From Alphaproteobacteria bacterium (lineage in GTDB: Bacteria; Pseudomonadota; Alphaproteobacteria; UBA6615): a stretch of DNA of 64,000 bases. Each line of letters starts with the position of its first letter. Position 1 is the first letter of the stretch. The position numbers and the translations under genes are program-made. Below are positions 9,571-20,739 of this stretch, piece by piece. A model generated the notes under the pieces. It ran no database searches. It was given only the letters and a program-made list of their open reading frames with translations, and had not been told where the DNA came from. The DNA lies in NCBI GenBank assembly GCA_965261975.1, contig CBDHEC010000051.1:1-64000 (forward strand), in the 5' to 3' direction.

Positions 9571-11341
9571 ACAGCCGCCGGTTGCGCTTTGAGCTTCTGC
9601 CGGCTGTCACCGAACCGCCCGTCCAGTTCCCTTGCGTCGTCAAACACGTATATGGACATAGGCTCTCGGCGGCCTCGGACCTCGATCTCTTCGCTGCGAA
9701 GGCCTTCGGTGTCGAGCGCGCCGACACTGGAAAGCTGCTCAGAAACAATCAGTTGTGCCCCGAAGTCCTTGGTTTTGGCTTCGAGCCGGGCCGCGGTGTT
9801 GACGGTGTCACCGATCGCCGTCACGGAAATGGCCGGGCCGTAACCCATTTCGCCGACGATGGCGGGGCCGATGTGAATTCCGATTCCGATGCGCAGCGGT
9901 GATGGTAGGTCTGCTTCAAGCAAGCGGTTGAGTTCATCCAGTTGAGCCGACATGCCCTGTGCCGCGAGCAGGGCGGCGGTCGCGCCGTCTGCCGCGGTGC
10001 CGTCCACGCCGAACAGGGCCATGATGCCGTCACCGATGAACTTGTCCACGCGCCCTCCGGCTTGCTCGATGGCCTCGCCCATGGAGCGAAAATACCGGTT
10101 GAGGACAAACACGACGTCATAGGGAAGTTTCTGTTCGGAAAAGGAAGTGAAGCCGCGAATGTCGGCAAACAGAATGGCGATTTCCTGCTCCTGTCCCTGC
10201 ATGGCCGCGGACTTGGCAAACCCGTCGCGCGGGCTGGCATTGGGCGGCAGCAGCGGCGTGACCGAGATGTCCTCGCTCGGGCGCGTCTGGCAGGCGAGCC
10301 GTACATCGGGTGCAGCACCGACACGACGCAAGACCTTGAGCTCGGATTCGTCCGGGGGCGGCAGATCGTCGAGCGGACCGTTGACGCGGACGCGGCAGGT
10401 GGAACAACGACCCCGTCCACCGCAGACTGATGCGTGGGGAATGTCGTTGAGCTGGCTGGCCTCGAGGATCGTCGTACCGGGCGGCACCGAGACGTTTCGT
10501 CCCTCGGGGTAGCGGATACGAACGATGCCGCGCCGCCGTTCGACATACAACCTAATGCCGCGCGCAAGCAGCGTCAGCAACAGAAGCGCAGCGAGGCCGA
10601 GCAGAATACGTGCCTCAAGGAGATGGAGAAATTCGATATGCTCGGCCGTTGGCGTGTTGTTCTCGATCTCGATGTCGAGGCGAAAGCCAGGGTCGTCTTC
10701 CAACAGGCGACCGACGGCTCGACCCCCCGCCGCGAAGCCGAGAAGGCCAAGTACGGGGACCAGGAGCGCAAGCCCATAGAGCCACGCCAGGCTTTGGGCA
10801 AACCAGGGTTTGAGACGCAGCCAGTAGTAGATGCCGATACAGGCATGCACCCACACAACGATGGTGGCCGCGGTTTGGCGAAGCCCGCTCATCGGATCGT
10901 CGACCCAGATCGACATCAGCACATAGGTGTATGTGTCGATGGTTTCGAAACTCTGGACGGCGGCGCGCGTTCCCAGAATATGGCCGATCAGCAAGACCGG
11001 CGCGGCAAACCCGAGGATGAGCTGTAGCGCTTCACCGACACTCATTTTCAAACGTCGGCGTGTGTAGACCGAATGCAGCGCGAACATCATGTGAACCAGC
11101 AGGGAACCGACGAAAAGGGTGGTTCCAAGCGGATTACGCCACATGAGCAGGAAATAGTGCCGGCCTGTTTCCATGGCCTCAAGGGAGATCAGGCCCAGCG
11201 CGTGATTCGAGAGATGGGTGAGTACGAAGACGAACAAAATCAGGCCGCTGCCGAGGCGCAAGCCACGCTTTGTGACTCTCAGCCGCGGAATTACGGTATT
11301 TTTGCCGGTGGAGCCGGATTCACGTTGCTGGCGGATGACAT
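9567..11341 (-). CDS. cyaC: Class III adenylate cyclase with heme-binding membrane domain and 2Fe-2S ferredoxin domain (CyaC-type); probable frameshift near 11300
   Basis: TM His residues (THLSNH, LVH, GH, WVH), CGGRGRCSTC...RLAC, FADIRGFT, VDKFIGDG, GDTVNTAARLE; ATG 11341 joins the ORF if one A is added to the A5 run. Confidence 0.88.
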
Positions 11342-11485
11342 GATGTTGAACGGAGCCGATTTGTCACTATTTATGGTGGAAGGTTAGCATGACCCATGGT
11401 GCCGGAATACGCGAACGGGGGCGGCACCCGAATAATTGAAGACAGGGTAACGAGGCGCCCTGACAAATTAGCGGAGACAAACGCA

Positions 11486-11976
11486 ATGCGTGCACGTTTA
11501 GCGACGGCAGTTCTAGTGACATTCATGGCTTTCGGTGCCAGCGGGGCATACGGCGCCGGTACCGATACCACGACAGCGCTCACCCCGGCGAAGTCCGCGC
11601 CGAGCTGGCAAATGCCGAAGGGTTGATCCGGCAAGAGAACTATCGCGATGCGATCGAGGTCTTGAACGGTGTCGTTGAGTCCAGCCCGCGGGAGGCCGAC
11701 GCCTACAACCTGCTCGGTTTCAGTTATCGCAAGTCCAAGGATTTCAACCGGGCGGAACGCAACTACAAACGTGCCTTGCGCTTGAACCCCGAGCACAAGG
11801 GCGCGATTGAGTATTACGGTGAACTGCTCATCCAAACGGACCGCCGCGAGAAAGCCGAAGATATGCTCGCGAAGCTCGAGAATCTGTGTCCGAGCGGCTG
11901 CAGTGAACTCGACCAACTCCGCAAAGCGCTCGCGGGCAAGCAAACAAGCAGCACCTGGCCTTCAGACGGCAGCTGA
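11486..11976 (+). CDS. Secreted tetratricopeptide repeat protein (frameshift near 11585)
   Basis: Signal peptide MRARLATAVLV...AYGA; TPR ADAYNLLGFSYRK...ALRLNPEHKGAIEYYGE; C-terminal CPSGC. Confidence 0.82.
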
Positions 11977-12011
11977 TATCGCTATCCATCACGGCTTTTA
12001 AAGAGATCCAG

Positions 12012-12043
12012 AAACGCCCGCACGCAATGGTGCGGGCGTTTTT
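12012..12043. terminator. Bidirectional terminator between convergent genes
   Basis: AAACGCCCGCAC-loop-GTGCGGGCGTTTTT. Confidence 0.75.
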
Positions 12044-12048
12044 CGTCG

Positions 12049-12447
12049 CTAACGGGTGCCTGCGTAGAATTGCTGGACGCGCTTGCGTGCTTCCTCGATT
12101 TCTTCCGGCGTCATGCTTTTGCGTAAATTATCCAGCGCCTTGCGTGCTTCCGGGCGGCCGCTGCGGTCGGCGATTGTCAGCCATTTATGCGCCTCGATCT
12201 TGCTGCGCGGAAACCCTTCACCGAGAATATACATGCGCGCAATATTAAACTGTGCAGCCGAGCTTCCCTTGCGCGCATGCTGATCCCAGCACTCGAACGC
12301 TTTTCCGTAGTTCTTCTGGCGGTGGAAATTGACTCCATCGCGTACCGAACATGTGGGTTTGTCTTGTGCGTGGACGCTCGGGATGTCGACCGCGAGCACA
12401 AATGCGCTCAGCGAAAGTGACACCAGCAGGAAACCTATGGTCTTCAT
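12049..12447 (-). CDS. Secreted Sel1-like repeat protein
   Basis: Signal peptide; AQFNIARMYILGEG...AHKW, MTPEEIEEA; overlaps the upstream stop (ATGA). Confidence 0.8.
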   Translation of the reverse strand: MKTIGFLLVSLSLSAFVLAVDIPSVHAQDKPTCSVRDGVNFHRQKNYGKAFECWDQHARKGSSAAQFNIARMYILGEGFPRSKIEAHKWLTIADRSGRPEARKALDNLRKSMTPEEIEEARKRVQQFYAGTR

Positions 12448-14093
12448 GAATTCACCTTCGATCCATCTTCGGCGAGCCGTTCGAGCGCAGCAGGGGAATC
12501 CACATCCGTTAGTATTGCGTCGTCCGACATCGGTACTTCAATAACGGCGTCTTCGTAGTCACCGATCAGATGCTTGGCACCGACGTCGCCACCCAATGCG
12601 GCCATCTCTTCGAAGAATCGCCGATCCCAGAATACAGGATTACCGCGTTTTCCGTTCCGTGTCGGCACACAAATGAGGTGACCTTCATCAGGATCATGTG
12701 AGGAAACAAGCTGGCGCAGGTGTTCGGGCCCGACTTTTGGCATGTCGCCGAGGGCGATCAGTGCCCCGTCGCAGCTGTCCGGAACTGCAGCGATACCGGT
12801 GCGAAGGGATGTGCTCAGCCCCTGATCGAACTGCGGGTTATGGACAAATGTTACCTGAGAACCTGCTGCGACCTTCACTTCGTCCGGCTGATGGCCGGTA
12901 ACGACGATCACGGGATCTGCGCCTGCCTCGCGTGCCGCGTCGACCGCGTGACGCATCATCGGTTTGCCGTCCACCTCGATCAGAAGTTTGTTGACGGCGC
13001 CCATGCGGCGCGACTGGCCTGCCGCGAGGATGATGGCGGCAAATTGAGGGGTTGCGGCTTCCTGTCGCCGCGCGCGCGGAGCTGCGTGAGTGCGGGGAAG
13101 GGGGCGGGAAGGTATTTCCTTGAGTAACCCACCGACGCCAAGCCCCATGATCTGTTCGCCGTCGACTGGTATGTCGGCCATAATCCGTTCGAGCACGAGA
13201 TCATTGCCGCCAAGCCGGGGAGAGCGGGCCGAACCCGGAAGCGCCAGAACGGGGACAGCCGCGATTCGTGCGAGGACCGTCAGATTACCGGGATCCACGG
13301 GCATGCCGAAATGCTCGATGGTGCCACCGGCCTTTGTAATTGCGGCAGGGATGACATCGCGACGGTCGGTCGTCGCCGACGCGCCAACAATCAAGACCAG
13401 TTCCGCGCCGCTGCCCACGAGCCCATGAAGGGCCGCATCGATAGCGACCAGGTCGTGCTCGACCGTCACGACAGTCGAGAGCGTGCTACCGAGAGCCTCG
13501 ATACGGTCCCGAACGACGTTCTCGGTCTTGGTTAAAACTTTGTCGGGCAGTCCCGGCAGATCGGTTTGGATCAACCCGACTGAACGCTGTTGGTAGGGGC
13601 GCACCGATACGAGCCCGTCATCTCCAGCAGTCATGGCTGCTGCTTCAGCCTCGACCAGATGGGCTTCGGAGACGGCGAAGGGGATTATCTTGATTGTCGC
13701 GACGATCTGTTCCGCTTCGACACGGTCGTAGGGATGCAGGGTCGAGATGGTGATGCCTTCATCGACCCGATTGATGCGGTCTATTGCGTCGGGATCGAGC
13801 ATGGCCAGGCCGGCCTGACGAGCGAACAGGTTGACCCGACCCGTACCCGCAATCCCGGCGCGAATGCCGCTGCCGGTTGCGGCTTTGGCCAGGCGGCCGG
13901 CAGCGGTGTTTTCATCGATGTCGCCGGCTTCGAAGACCGCCACCGTGACTTCGGTGACGCCGGCAGTTGTGAGCTGTCTGATGTCCGCGGCGTCGAGGAC
14001 GTGTCCCTTGCGGTAACGCTGGCCGCCCAGGGTCTGGCCATGTACGAGCATGGCGCCATCGGCCTGGTTCAATGGAACGGGGCCGAATTTCAT
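12444..14093 (-). CDS. mocA: Molybdopterin-binding domain / MocA-like nucleotidyltransferase fusion
   Basis: MKFG start overlapping the xdhC stop; TGRVNLFA, GMPVDPGNL; C-domain ILAAGQSRRMG..NKLL, GDMP, GNPV. Confidence 0.85.
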   Translation of the reverse strand: MKFGPVPLNQADGAMLVHGQTLGGQRYRKGHVLDAADIRQLTTAGVTEVTVAVFEAGDIDENTAAGRLAKAATGSGIRAGIAGTGRVNLFARQAGLAMLDPDAIDRINRVDEGITISTLHPYDRVEAEQIVATIKIIPFAVSEAHLVEAEAAAMTAGDDGLVSVRPYQQRSVGLIQTDLPGLPDKVLTKTENVVRDRIEALGSTLSTVVTVEHDLVAIDAALHGLVGSGAELVLIVGASATTDRRDVIPAAITKAGGTIEHFGMPVDPGNLTVLARIAAVPVLALPGSARSPRLGGNDLVLERIMADIPVDGEQIMGLGVGGLLKEIPSRPLPRTHAAPRARRQEAATPQFAAIILAAGQSRRMGAVNKLLIEVDGKPMMRHAVDAAREAGADPVIVVTGHQPDEVKVAAGSQVTFVHNPQFDQGLSTSLRTGIAAVPDSCDGALIALGDMPKVGPEHLRQLVSSHDPDEGHLICVPTRNGKRGNPVFWDRRFFEEMAALGGDVGAKHLIGDYEDAVIEVPMSDDAILTDVDSPAALERLAEDGSKVNS

Positions 14094-14782
14094 GCGCCGT
14101 GCAGAACCTGCGTGATTTGCGCCATGATCGAGATCGCGATCTCGGCCGGGCTCTTGGCGTTGATCGCCAGGCCAACCGGCGCGTGAATGAGGCCGATTTC
14201 GGCTTCGGTGTAGCCTGCCTCGGTCAAGCGCTCGACCCGGCCGGCGTGGGTTTTCCGGCTTCCGAGTGCGCCGATATAGAACGCCTCGGACCGCAATGCG
14301 ACATGCAGGGCAGGATCGTCCAGCTTCGGGTCGTGGGTCAGGGTCACGACGGCTGTGCGGTTGTCGACCCCCAGGGCATTCAGCGCGTCGTCCGGCCAAT
14401 CCTCGCTCAGGGTGACCCCGGGAAAGCGGTCGCGAGTCGCGAAGGCACCGCGCGGGTCGACGATAACCACCTCATAACCCGAGGTTTGGGCAAGGGTGAC
14501 CAGCGGCTGGGCAATATGCACCGCACCGACGATGATCATCCGCTTGGGCGGGTTGAAAACCTGGACGAACAGCGGTGCATCATCACGACGCATGCGACCG
14601 CTTTTGTCGTCGCGCAGGGCGATCCGGGCTGCTTCGATCGCGTCGTCATCAAGCGTGAGTGAGCCTTCGGTCCGGTCGCGATAAACGAGAGATTGTTCGC
14701 CGGTCTCGAGATTCGACACGAGTGCGACCTGTCGCTTGGCTTCGCGCGCTGCCAGGAGTGATGTCAGGGTCTCGGGGTGCAT
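14090..14782 (-). CDS. xdhC: XdhC/CoxF family Moco chaperone, C-terminal Rossmann part
   Basis: IVGAVHIAQ, LTHDPKLDD, YIGALGSRK, APVGLAI.AKSPAEIA. Confidence 0.9.
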   Translation of the reverse strand: MHPETLTSLLAAREAKRQVALVSNLETGEQSLVYRDRTEGSLTLDDDAIEAARIALRDDKSGRMRRDDAPLFVQVFNPPKRMIIVGAVHIAQPLVTLAQTSGYEVVIVDPRGAFATRDRFPGVTLSEDWPDDALNALGVDNRTAVVTLTHDPKLDDPALHVALRSEAFYIGALGSRKTHAGRVERLTEAGYTEAEIGLIHAPVGLAINAKSPAEIAISIMAQITQVLHGA

Positions 14783-14788
14783 GGTCGG

Positions 14789-15136
14789 TCAGTCCAGCCG
14801 TTCAACCCAGACTTCGACCTTGCCGCCGCAGGCGAGGCCGACTTCCCAGGCCATTTCGTTGGACACACCGAAGTCGAGAAGCCGCGGTTTGCCGTCCGCC
14901 ATGACTTCACGTGCCTCATGGACGACCGCGCCTTCGATGCAACCGCCCGACACGGATCCGGCCATGTTGCCGTCCTCGTCGATGGCCAGTTGGCTGCCGA
15001 CAGGCCGCGGGGAGGAGCCCCAGGTGGTGACGACGGTCGCGATGGCAACGTTTTTGCCGGATTGGCGCCAGTCGGCGGCCTGTTCGACGACATCATCGTG
15101 ATCGAGGGCCTGCAGATCGATGCTGCTTTCACTCAT
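14789..15136 (-). CDS. XdhC/CoxI family N-terminal domain protein
   Basis: ATVVTTWGSSPRPVG, GSVSGGCIE, VGLACGG; ATG overlaps the coxE stop. Confidence 0.9.
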   Translation of the reverse strand: MSESSIDLQALDHDDVVEQAADWRQSGKNVAIATVVTTWGSSPRPVGSQLAIDEDGNMAGSVSGGCIEGAVVHEAREVMADGKPRLLDFGVSNEMAWEVGLACGGKVEVWVERLD

Positions 15137-16443
15137 TGTGCTGCCTCCTTCCATGATTTGCTCTGAAAGGTCCCATGACCATCGGCCCGGGACAAGGCTT
15201 CTGCAAGCTGTTCCAGGCTTTCGAGATTGTGGATCGAGCGGAATTCATCCGTGTGCGGGAGCATGGCCCGCGCGCCGAGTGATTTCGGCTCGTATCGGTC
15301 ATAACGTAGGAGCGGATTAAGCCAGATCAAGCGACGGCTCGACATGTGGAGTCGCTCGATTTCCTTGTCCAGGCCATCTGCTGCGTCACGATCCAGCCCG
15401 TCGGTGATCAGCAGCACCACGGCACCCTGACCGAGGACGCGCCGTGACCAGTCGGTGTTGAAGTCGTGCAGCGCGTGGCCGATACGCGTGCCGCCCGACC
15501 AATCGTCGACGGCTTCCGCGACCTTGTCGAGCGCCTCATCGACATCTTTGTAGCGCAGTTGACGGGTCACGTTGGTCAGCCGGGTGCCGAACAAGAAGGT
15601 ATGAACGCGATCCCGATCATTCGTCACCGCGTGCATGAAGTGCAGAATCATGCGCGAGTAACGACTCATCGACCCGGAAATATCGCACAGGACAACGAGC
15701 GGCGGGTGGCGGCGCTGGCGCTTGCGATACTGAAGTGGAATGGTCGCACCGCCGCCGCGCAGGGCGGCACGCAAGGTTGTGCGCATGTCGATGCGCCGGC
15801 CGCGAGCGTCGCGGCGGAAGCGGCGGATCGGGACTTCCATGATAGGCAGGCGCATCCGCGCGATCGCGCGCTTGGCCGCCTCAAGCTCCTCGCTCGACAT
15901 TTTTTCGAAATCGGTCTTCTGGAGAACCTCGTTGGCCGAGAAGGTCATCACCGCGTCGACGGTGATCTCGGGGTCTTCCTCATCCTGTCCACCCTCGCCC
16001 TCGCCGGGCATTTCCACCTGATCCTGCTTGAGGGCCTCTGCGAGACGCCGGTTCATTTCCTCGGCGTTCTGCTGGGCTTCTGGATCGACGAAGGACGGCA
16101 GGACGAGTGAGGCCATACGCTCCAGCAGCTTCGGGTTGCGCCAGAAGATGTGGAAGGCCTGATCGAATATCTCGCGCTGATCGCGCCGGTTCACGAAGAC
16201 CGCGTGGAGGGCCCAGTAGAAATCTTCTCGATTATCAAGACCGACGGTCTCGACGGCGTTGATCCCCTCGATGACCTTCCCCGGCCCGACGGGCAGACCT
16301 GCCGTGCGCAAGACCCGCGCGAAATGCATGATGTTGTTGGCGATTTTGCCGCCGTCCGCATCACCGACATCGACCATGTCGTCGAGCTTCGCCTTGGCCT
16401 GAAGGGCCGGGCTGGCTTCATCCGGGATCGCTTTTTCCGACAC
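15133..16443 (-). CDS. coxE: CoxE VWA-domain protein
   Basis: LCDISGSM (MIDAS), FGTRLT, WSGGTRIG, IWLNPL. Confidence 0.92.
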   Translation of the reverse strand: MSEKAIPDEASPALQAKAKLDDMVDVGDADGGKIANNIMHFARVLRTAGLPVGPGKVIEGINAVETVGLDNREDFYWALHAVFVNRRDQREIFDQAFHIFWRNPKLLERMASLVLPSFVDPEAQQNAEEMNRRLAEALKQDQVEMPGEGEGGQDEEDPEITVDAVMTFSANEVLQKTDFEKMSSEELEAAKRAIARMRLPIMEVPIRRFRRDARGRRIDMRTTLRAALRGGGATIPLQYRKRQRRHPPLVVLCDISGSMSRYSRMILHFMHAVTNDRDRVHTFLFGTRLTNVTRQLRYKDVDEALDKVAEAVDDWSGGTRIGHALHDFNTDWSRRVLGQGAVVLLITDGLDRDAADGLDKEIERLHMSSRRLIWLNPLLRYDRYEPKSLGARAMLPHTDEFRSIHNLESLEQLAEALSRADGHGTFQSKSWKEAAQ

Positions 16444-16447
16444 GCGC

Positions 16448-17371
16448 CTAGTTCGCGACCTGGGCCTGCGCGACCTCGCTCTTGACCTCGTCGAGGATCT
16501 TCGCGGCCTCGCTGCCGCGGATCTTCGCGATGTCGTCCTGGTACTTCAGCAGGACACCGAGCGTGTCGTCGATGGCGTCGGGGGTGAGTTCGATAATATC
16601 CAGCTGCTGCAGGGCCGAGGCCCAGTCGATGGTCTCGGCAATGCCTGGAACCTTGAACAGATCGATCGTGCGCAGTTTCTGGACGAATTCGACGACCTGA
16701 CGCGATAACCGTGCATCGGCTTGCGGCGCCTTTAGTTCCAGAATCTCGAGCTCCCGTTCGGCATCGGGATAGTCGACCCAGTAGTAGAAACAACGTCGTT
16801 TCAGGGCGTCGTGGATTTCGCGTGTCCGGTTCGACGTAATGATGACAATCGGTGGTTCCTCGGCGCGGACAGTACCGATCTCGGGAATCGTGATCTGGAA
16901 GTCGGACAGGACTTCCAGCAGATAGGCCTCGAAGGCTTCATCCGTGCGGTCGAGTTCGTCGATAAGAAGTACCGGCGGGCCGTCGGCGGACGGGTCAAGC
17001 GCCTGCAGGAGAGGGCGGTGGATGAGGAACTTGTCGGAGAAGATGTCGTCACCGAGGCGATCCCGGTCGCCGATGCCCTCGGCCTCGGCCATCCGGATTT
17101 CGATCATCTGCGCGGAGTAGTTCCACTCATAGACCGCGGATGCGACATCCAGGCCCTCATAGCATTGCAGGCGCACGAGCCGGCGGCCCAGCGTTTCCGA
17201 CAGCACCTTCGCGATCTCCGTCTTGCCGACGCCGGCTTCACCTTCGAGAAACAGGGGGCGGCCAAGCTTCAATGAAAGATACACCGCCGTGGACAGGCTC
17301 CGGTCCGAGACGTAATTGCCCCCCGACAGGAGTTCCAAGGTGTCTTCGACGTTCTCAGGAATGCTGTTCAA
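16448..17371 (-). CDS. coxD: CoxD MoxR-family AAA+ ATPase
   Basis: GEAGVGKT, LQCYEGLD, LLIDELDR, TREIHDALKRRC. Confidence 0.92.
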   Translation of the reverse strand: MNSIPENVEDTLELLSGGNYVSDRSLSTAVYLSLKLGRPLFLEGEAGVGKTEIAKVLSETLGRRLVRLQCYEGLDVASAVYEWNYSAQMIEIRMAEAEGIGDRDRLGDDIFSDKFLIHRPLLQALDPSADGPPVLLIDELDRTDEAFEAYLLEVLSDFQITIPEIGTVRAEEPPIVIITSNRTREIHDALKRRCFYYWVDYPDAERELEILELKAPQADARLSRQVVEFVQKLRTIDLFKVPGIAETIDWASALQQLDIIELTPDAIDDTLGVLLKYQDDIAKIRGSEAAKILDEVKSEVAQAQVAN

Positions 17372-17484
17372 GGGATTTCATCCGATGTTCTGCGCACCCT
17401 CAATGGCACGCGCATGTTCCAAAATATAATGGTCGGCTGTATCGGCGATTGATATAGCGCAGGACGCCCGGCCGGACCTAGAGT

Positions 17485-17511
17485 TACGGCCGGAGCGAAG
17501 CCCCGGCCGTA
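17485..17511 (-). terminator. Stable stem-loop after coxM (terminator or mRNA-stabilising)
   Basis: TACGGCCGG...CCGGCCGTA inverted repeat; no strong U-tract. Confidence 0.5.
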
Positions 17512-17536
17512 TCAAGAAACTTCCTGTCGGTCGGAG

Positions 17537-18334
17537 TTAGCCCGCAGCGGTAACCGCGCGGCTGGCCATGACCGAAATCAGATGGGCGCGATACTCGGCG
17601 GAAGCGTGGATATCCGAATTCAGGTCGGCGTCGGACATTTTCACACCCTTTGCGGCATCGGCACTCCAATTGCTCGACAAAGCGCTTTCGATGTCGGCGG
17701 CCCGGAAAACACCATCCTGGCCCGCACCGGTGACCGCGACCCGCGTGTCGCCACCGGTCTGTGCGACCATGACGCCAACGAGCGCATAACGTGAGGCTGG
17801 GTTCGGGAATTTGGTGTAGGCCGCTTTCTCGGGAACCGGGAAACGCACCGCGGTGATCAGTTCGCCTTCCTCGAGCACGGTCGTGAACATGCCGTCGAAG
17901 TAATCCTCGGCGGCGATTTCGCGCTTGTTGGTGATCACGGTGGCGTTCAGGCCGAGAACCGCGGCGGGATAGTCTGCTGCCGGATCGTTGTTGGCCAGGG
18001 AGCCGCCAATGGTGCCGCGGTTGCGAACCTGCGGGTCGCCAATATTGTCGGCCAGGTCTGCAAGGGCAGGGATCTTGGATTTCACGACATCAGAGTTCGC
18101 CACATCGACATGACGGGTCATGCCCTTGATGGTGACGGAGTCGCCGCCATCCTCGATCCCCACAAGATCATCGATGCCAGCAAGGTCAATCAGGTCCGAG
18201 GGCTGTGCCAGGCGTTGCTTGAGCGTCGGGATGAGGGTCATGCCACCGGCCAGGAAGCGGCCATCTTCGGCGGCTGTCACGGCGCTTGCGGCTTCGTCGG
18301 CGGAACCCGCCTTCTGATAATTGAACTGATACAT
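17537..18334 (-). CDS. coxM: Molybdenum hydroxylase FAD subunit
   Basis: LAGGMTLIP, VRNRGTIGGS..NNDPAAD. Confidence 0.92.
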   Translation of the reverse strand: MYQFNYQKAGSADEAASAVTAAEDGRFLAGGMTLIPTLKQRLAQPSDLIDLAGIDDLVGIEDGGDSVTIKGMTRHVDVANSDVVKSKIPALADLADNIGDPQVRNRGTIGGSLANNDPAADYPAAVLGLNATVITNKREIAAEDYFDGMFTTVLEEGELITAVRFPVPEKAAYTKFPNPASRYALVGVMVAQTGGDTRVAVTGAGQDGVFRAADIESALSSNWSADAAKGVKMSDADLNSDIHASAEYRAHLISVMASRAVTAAG

Positions 18335-18356
18335 CGTCTATCTCCCTAACCAGACG

Positions 18357-20735
18357 TTATTCCGCCGCCTGGCGGACGTTGGATTCCTGAATGGCCTGCC
18401 AAACCTTCAAAGGTGTGGCGGGCATTGAAATATCTTCGACACCCAGAGGTGCCAGTGCGTCGAGAATGGCGTTGACCACCGCCGGTGGCGAGCCGATGGC
18501 ACCGACTTCGCCCACGCCTTTGACTTCGAGCGGGTTCGACGCTCCCATGACGCTCTGGGTCGCGACCGAGAAGCTGGGAAGGTTGTCTGCCCGCGGCATG
18601 GTGTAGTCCATGTAAGAGCCGGTCAGCAGTTGTCCGTCATCGTCATACACGCAGCCTTCAAGCATCGCCTGACCCACGCCCTGCGCCAGACCGCCATGCA
18701 CCTGGCCTTCGACAATCATCGGATTGACCACGCGCCCGACATCGTCGACTGCGGTGAAACCGATAACATCGATGTCGCCGGTATCGGGGTCGATCTCGAC
18801 CTCGCAGATATGCGCGCCGCCCGGGAAACTGAAATTGAGCGGGTCGTAGAACGCATTCTCGTCCAGGCCCGGCTCGATTTCCTCGATCGGGTAATTGTGC
18901 GGCACATAGGCGGCGAGGGAAATTTCCCCGAACGCCATTTCCTTGTCTGTACCCGCCACGGTGAACTTCCCGTCGGCGAATTCGATGTCGGAGACATCGG
19001 CCTCCATGATGTGGGCGGCGATTTTCTTGGCCTTATCGATGACCTTGTTGCAGGCCTTCAGGATTGCCGGGCCGCCGACGGCGAGGGAACGCGAACCGTA
19101 GGTCCCCATGCCGAACTGCACCTGGTCGGTGTCGCCATGGCTGATTTCCACCTGATCGGCAGGGATGCCGAAGGATTCCGAGACCAGCTGTGCGAAGGTC
19201 GTTTCGTGACCCTGTCCGTGGTTATGTGTGCCGGTATAAACCGTTACAGAGCCGGTCGGATGAACGCGAACCTGAGCCGATTCATATAACCCCGCCCGGG
19301 CGCCGAGCGCTCCGGCAACTGCCGACGGGGCGATGCCGCATGCCTCAACATAGGTCGAAATGCCGATACCGCGTAGTTTGCCGGCCTTTTCGGCCGTGCT
19401 CCGACGTTTCTCGAAGCCGGCATAGTCAGCGGCGGCGAGGGCGCTTTCGAACGATGCGGGAGGATCGCCGCAATCATACTGAAGCGCGACCGGCGTCTGA
19501 TAGGGATACTGATCCGGCTGGATCATGTTTCGTTTGCGCAGGTCGGCCGGATCGATGCCGAGCTGACGGGCGGCCTTAGTGACCAGCCGCTCCAGCAGAT
19601 AGGTGCACTCCGGGCGTCCGGCGCCGCGATACGCGTCAACGGGAACCGTGTTGGTGAACACGGTTTGGACCTCGGCATAGATTGCGGGGGTCGTGTAAAC
19701 GCCCGCAAGCAAGGTCGCGTAGAGATAGGTGGGCACGCTCGAGCCGAACGTCGACAGGTAGGATCCGACATTGGCCTTCGTGGCGACCCGCAGGCCCAGG
19801 AAGCTGCCATCACCGTCGAGCGCGAGTTCCGCATGGGTCTCGTGATCACGGCCATGCGCATCTGTCGCAAACGATTCCGAACGCTCGGCCGTCCACTTGA
19901 TCGGCACATGGACCTTGGCCGCGGCCCAGGTCAGGATAGCCTCCTCGGCATAATGAAAAATCTTGGAGCCGAAACCGCCGCCGACGTCGGGCGCGACGAT
20001 GCGTAGCTTATGCTCCGGAATCTGCAGCACGAAGGCGCCCATCAACAGGCGGATGACATGCGGGTTCTGTGTCGTGGTATGAAGCGTGTACTGCCCGGTG
20101 GAACGATCGAACTCCGAAATCGCCGCGCGGGGTTCCATTGCGTTGGGAATCAGCCGGTTGTTGACCAGATCGATCGACACGACATGCGCTGCATCGGCGA
20201 ACGCGGCATCGACCGCATCTTTTTCGCCGATTTCCCAATCAAAGCATCGATTGTTCGGCACATCGTCATGCACGAGTGTCCCGCCGGCCAATGCGGAATC
20301 CATATCGATGACGGCGGGCAACACGCCGTAGTCCACCTCGATCAGTTCGGCTGCGTCGCGAGCGGCATCACGGGTATCGGCGATAACGATGGCAACCTGG
20401 TCGCCAACATGGCGTACCTTCTCGACTGCGAGCGGCGGATGTGCCGGCTCGGCCATGGGGGAGCCGTCCTTGTTGTGGATTTGCCAGCCGCAGGGCAGGC
20501 CGCCGACGCCGTCCGCGGCCATATCCGCCCCAGTCAGGACCGCGATGACACCTTGCGCCTTTTCGGCCTTGGAGGTGTCGACCGCATTGATCGTCGCATG
20601 GGCATGCGGCGAGCGTAGAATCCACGCATGGCTCTGTCCGGGCCGATTGATGTCGTCGGTATAGTTGCCATTGCCGGTGAGGAAACGCTGGTCCTCGACC
20701 CGCTTGACGGAAGCTCCGATTCCCGTGCCGGTCAT
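18357..20735 (-). CDS. coxL: Molybdenum hydroxylase large subunit, form II CoxL-like
   Basis: GGGFGSK; active-site AYRGAGR (form II, not the form I AYXCSFR); GQGHETT; KGVGE. Confidence 0.93.
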   Translation of the reverse strand: MTGTGIGASVKRVEDQRFLTGNGNYTDDINRPGQSHAWILRSPHAHATINAVDTSKAEKAQGVIAVLTGADMAADGVGGLPCGWQIHNKDGSPMAEPAHPPLAVEKVRHVGDQVAIVIADTRDAARDAAELIEVDYGVLPAVIDMDSALAGGTLVHDDVPNNRCFDWEIGEKDAVDAAFADAAHVVSIDLVNNRLIPNAMEPRAAISEFDRSTGQYTLHTTTQNPHVIRLLMGAFVLQIPEHKLRIVAPDVGGGFGSKIFHYAEEAILTWAAAKVHVPIKWTAERSESFATDAHGRDHETHAELALDGDGSFLGLRVATKANVGSYLSTFGSSVPTYLYATLLAGVYTTPAIYAEVQTVFTNTVPVDAYRGAGRPECTYLLERLVTKAARQLGIDPADLRKRNMIQPDQYPYQTPVALQYDCGDPPASFESALAAADYAGFEKRRSTAEKAGKLRGIGISTYVEACGIAPSAVAGALGARAGLYESAQVRVHPTGSVTVYTGTHNHGQGHETTFAQLVSESFGIPADQVEISHGDTDQVQFGMGTYGSRSLAVGGPAILKACNKVIDKAKKIAAHIMEADVSDIEFADGKFTVAGTDKEMAFGEISLAAYVPHNYPIEEIEPGLDENAFYDPLNFSFPGGAHICEVEIDPDTGDIDVIGFTAVDDVGRVVNPMIVEGQVHGGLAQGVGQAMLEGCVYDDDGQLLTGSYMDYTMPRADNLPSFSVATQSVMGASNPLEVKGVGEVGAIGSPPAVVNAILDALAPLGVEDISMPATPLKVWQAIQESNVRQAAE

Positions 20736-20739
20736 CGCG

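Noticed and set aside
12444-14399. 651-aa ORF taken as the full mocA fusion
   Set aside because: The N-terminal 102 aa overlap xdhC out of frame; the real start is MKFG at 14093
18357-20735. Bona fide aerobic CO dehydrogenase (form I)
   Set aside because: Active-site motif is AYRGAGR and the gene order is S-L-M, both indicating form II
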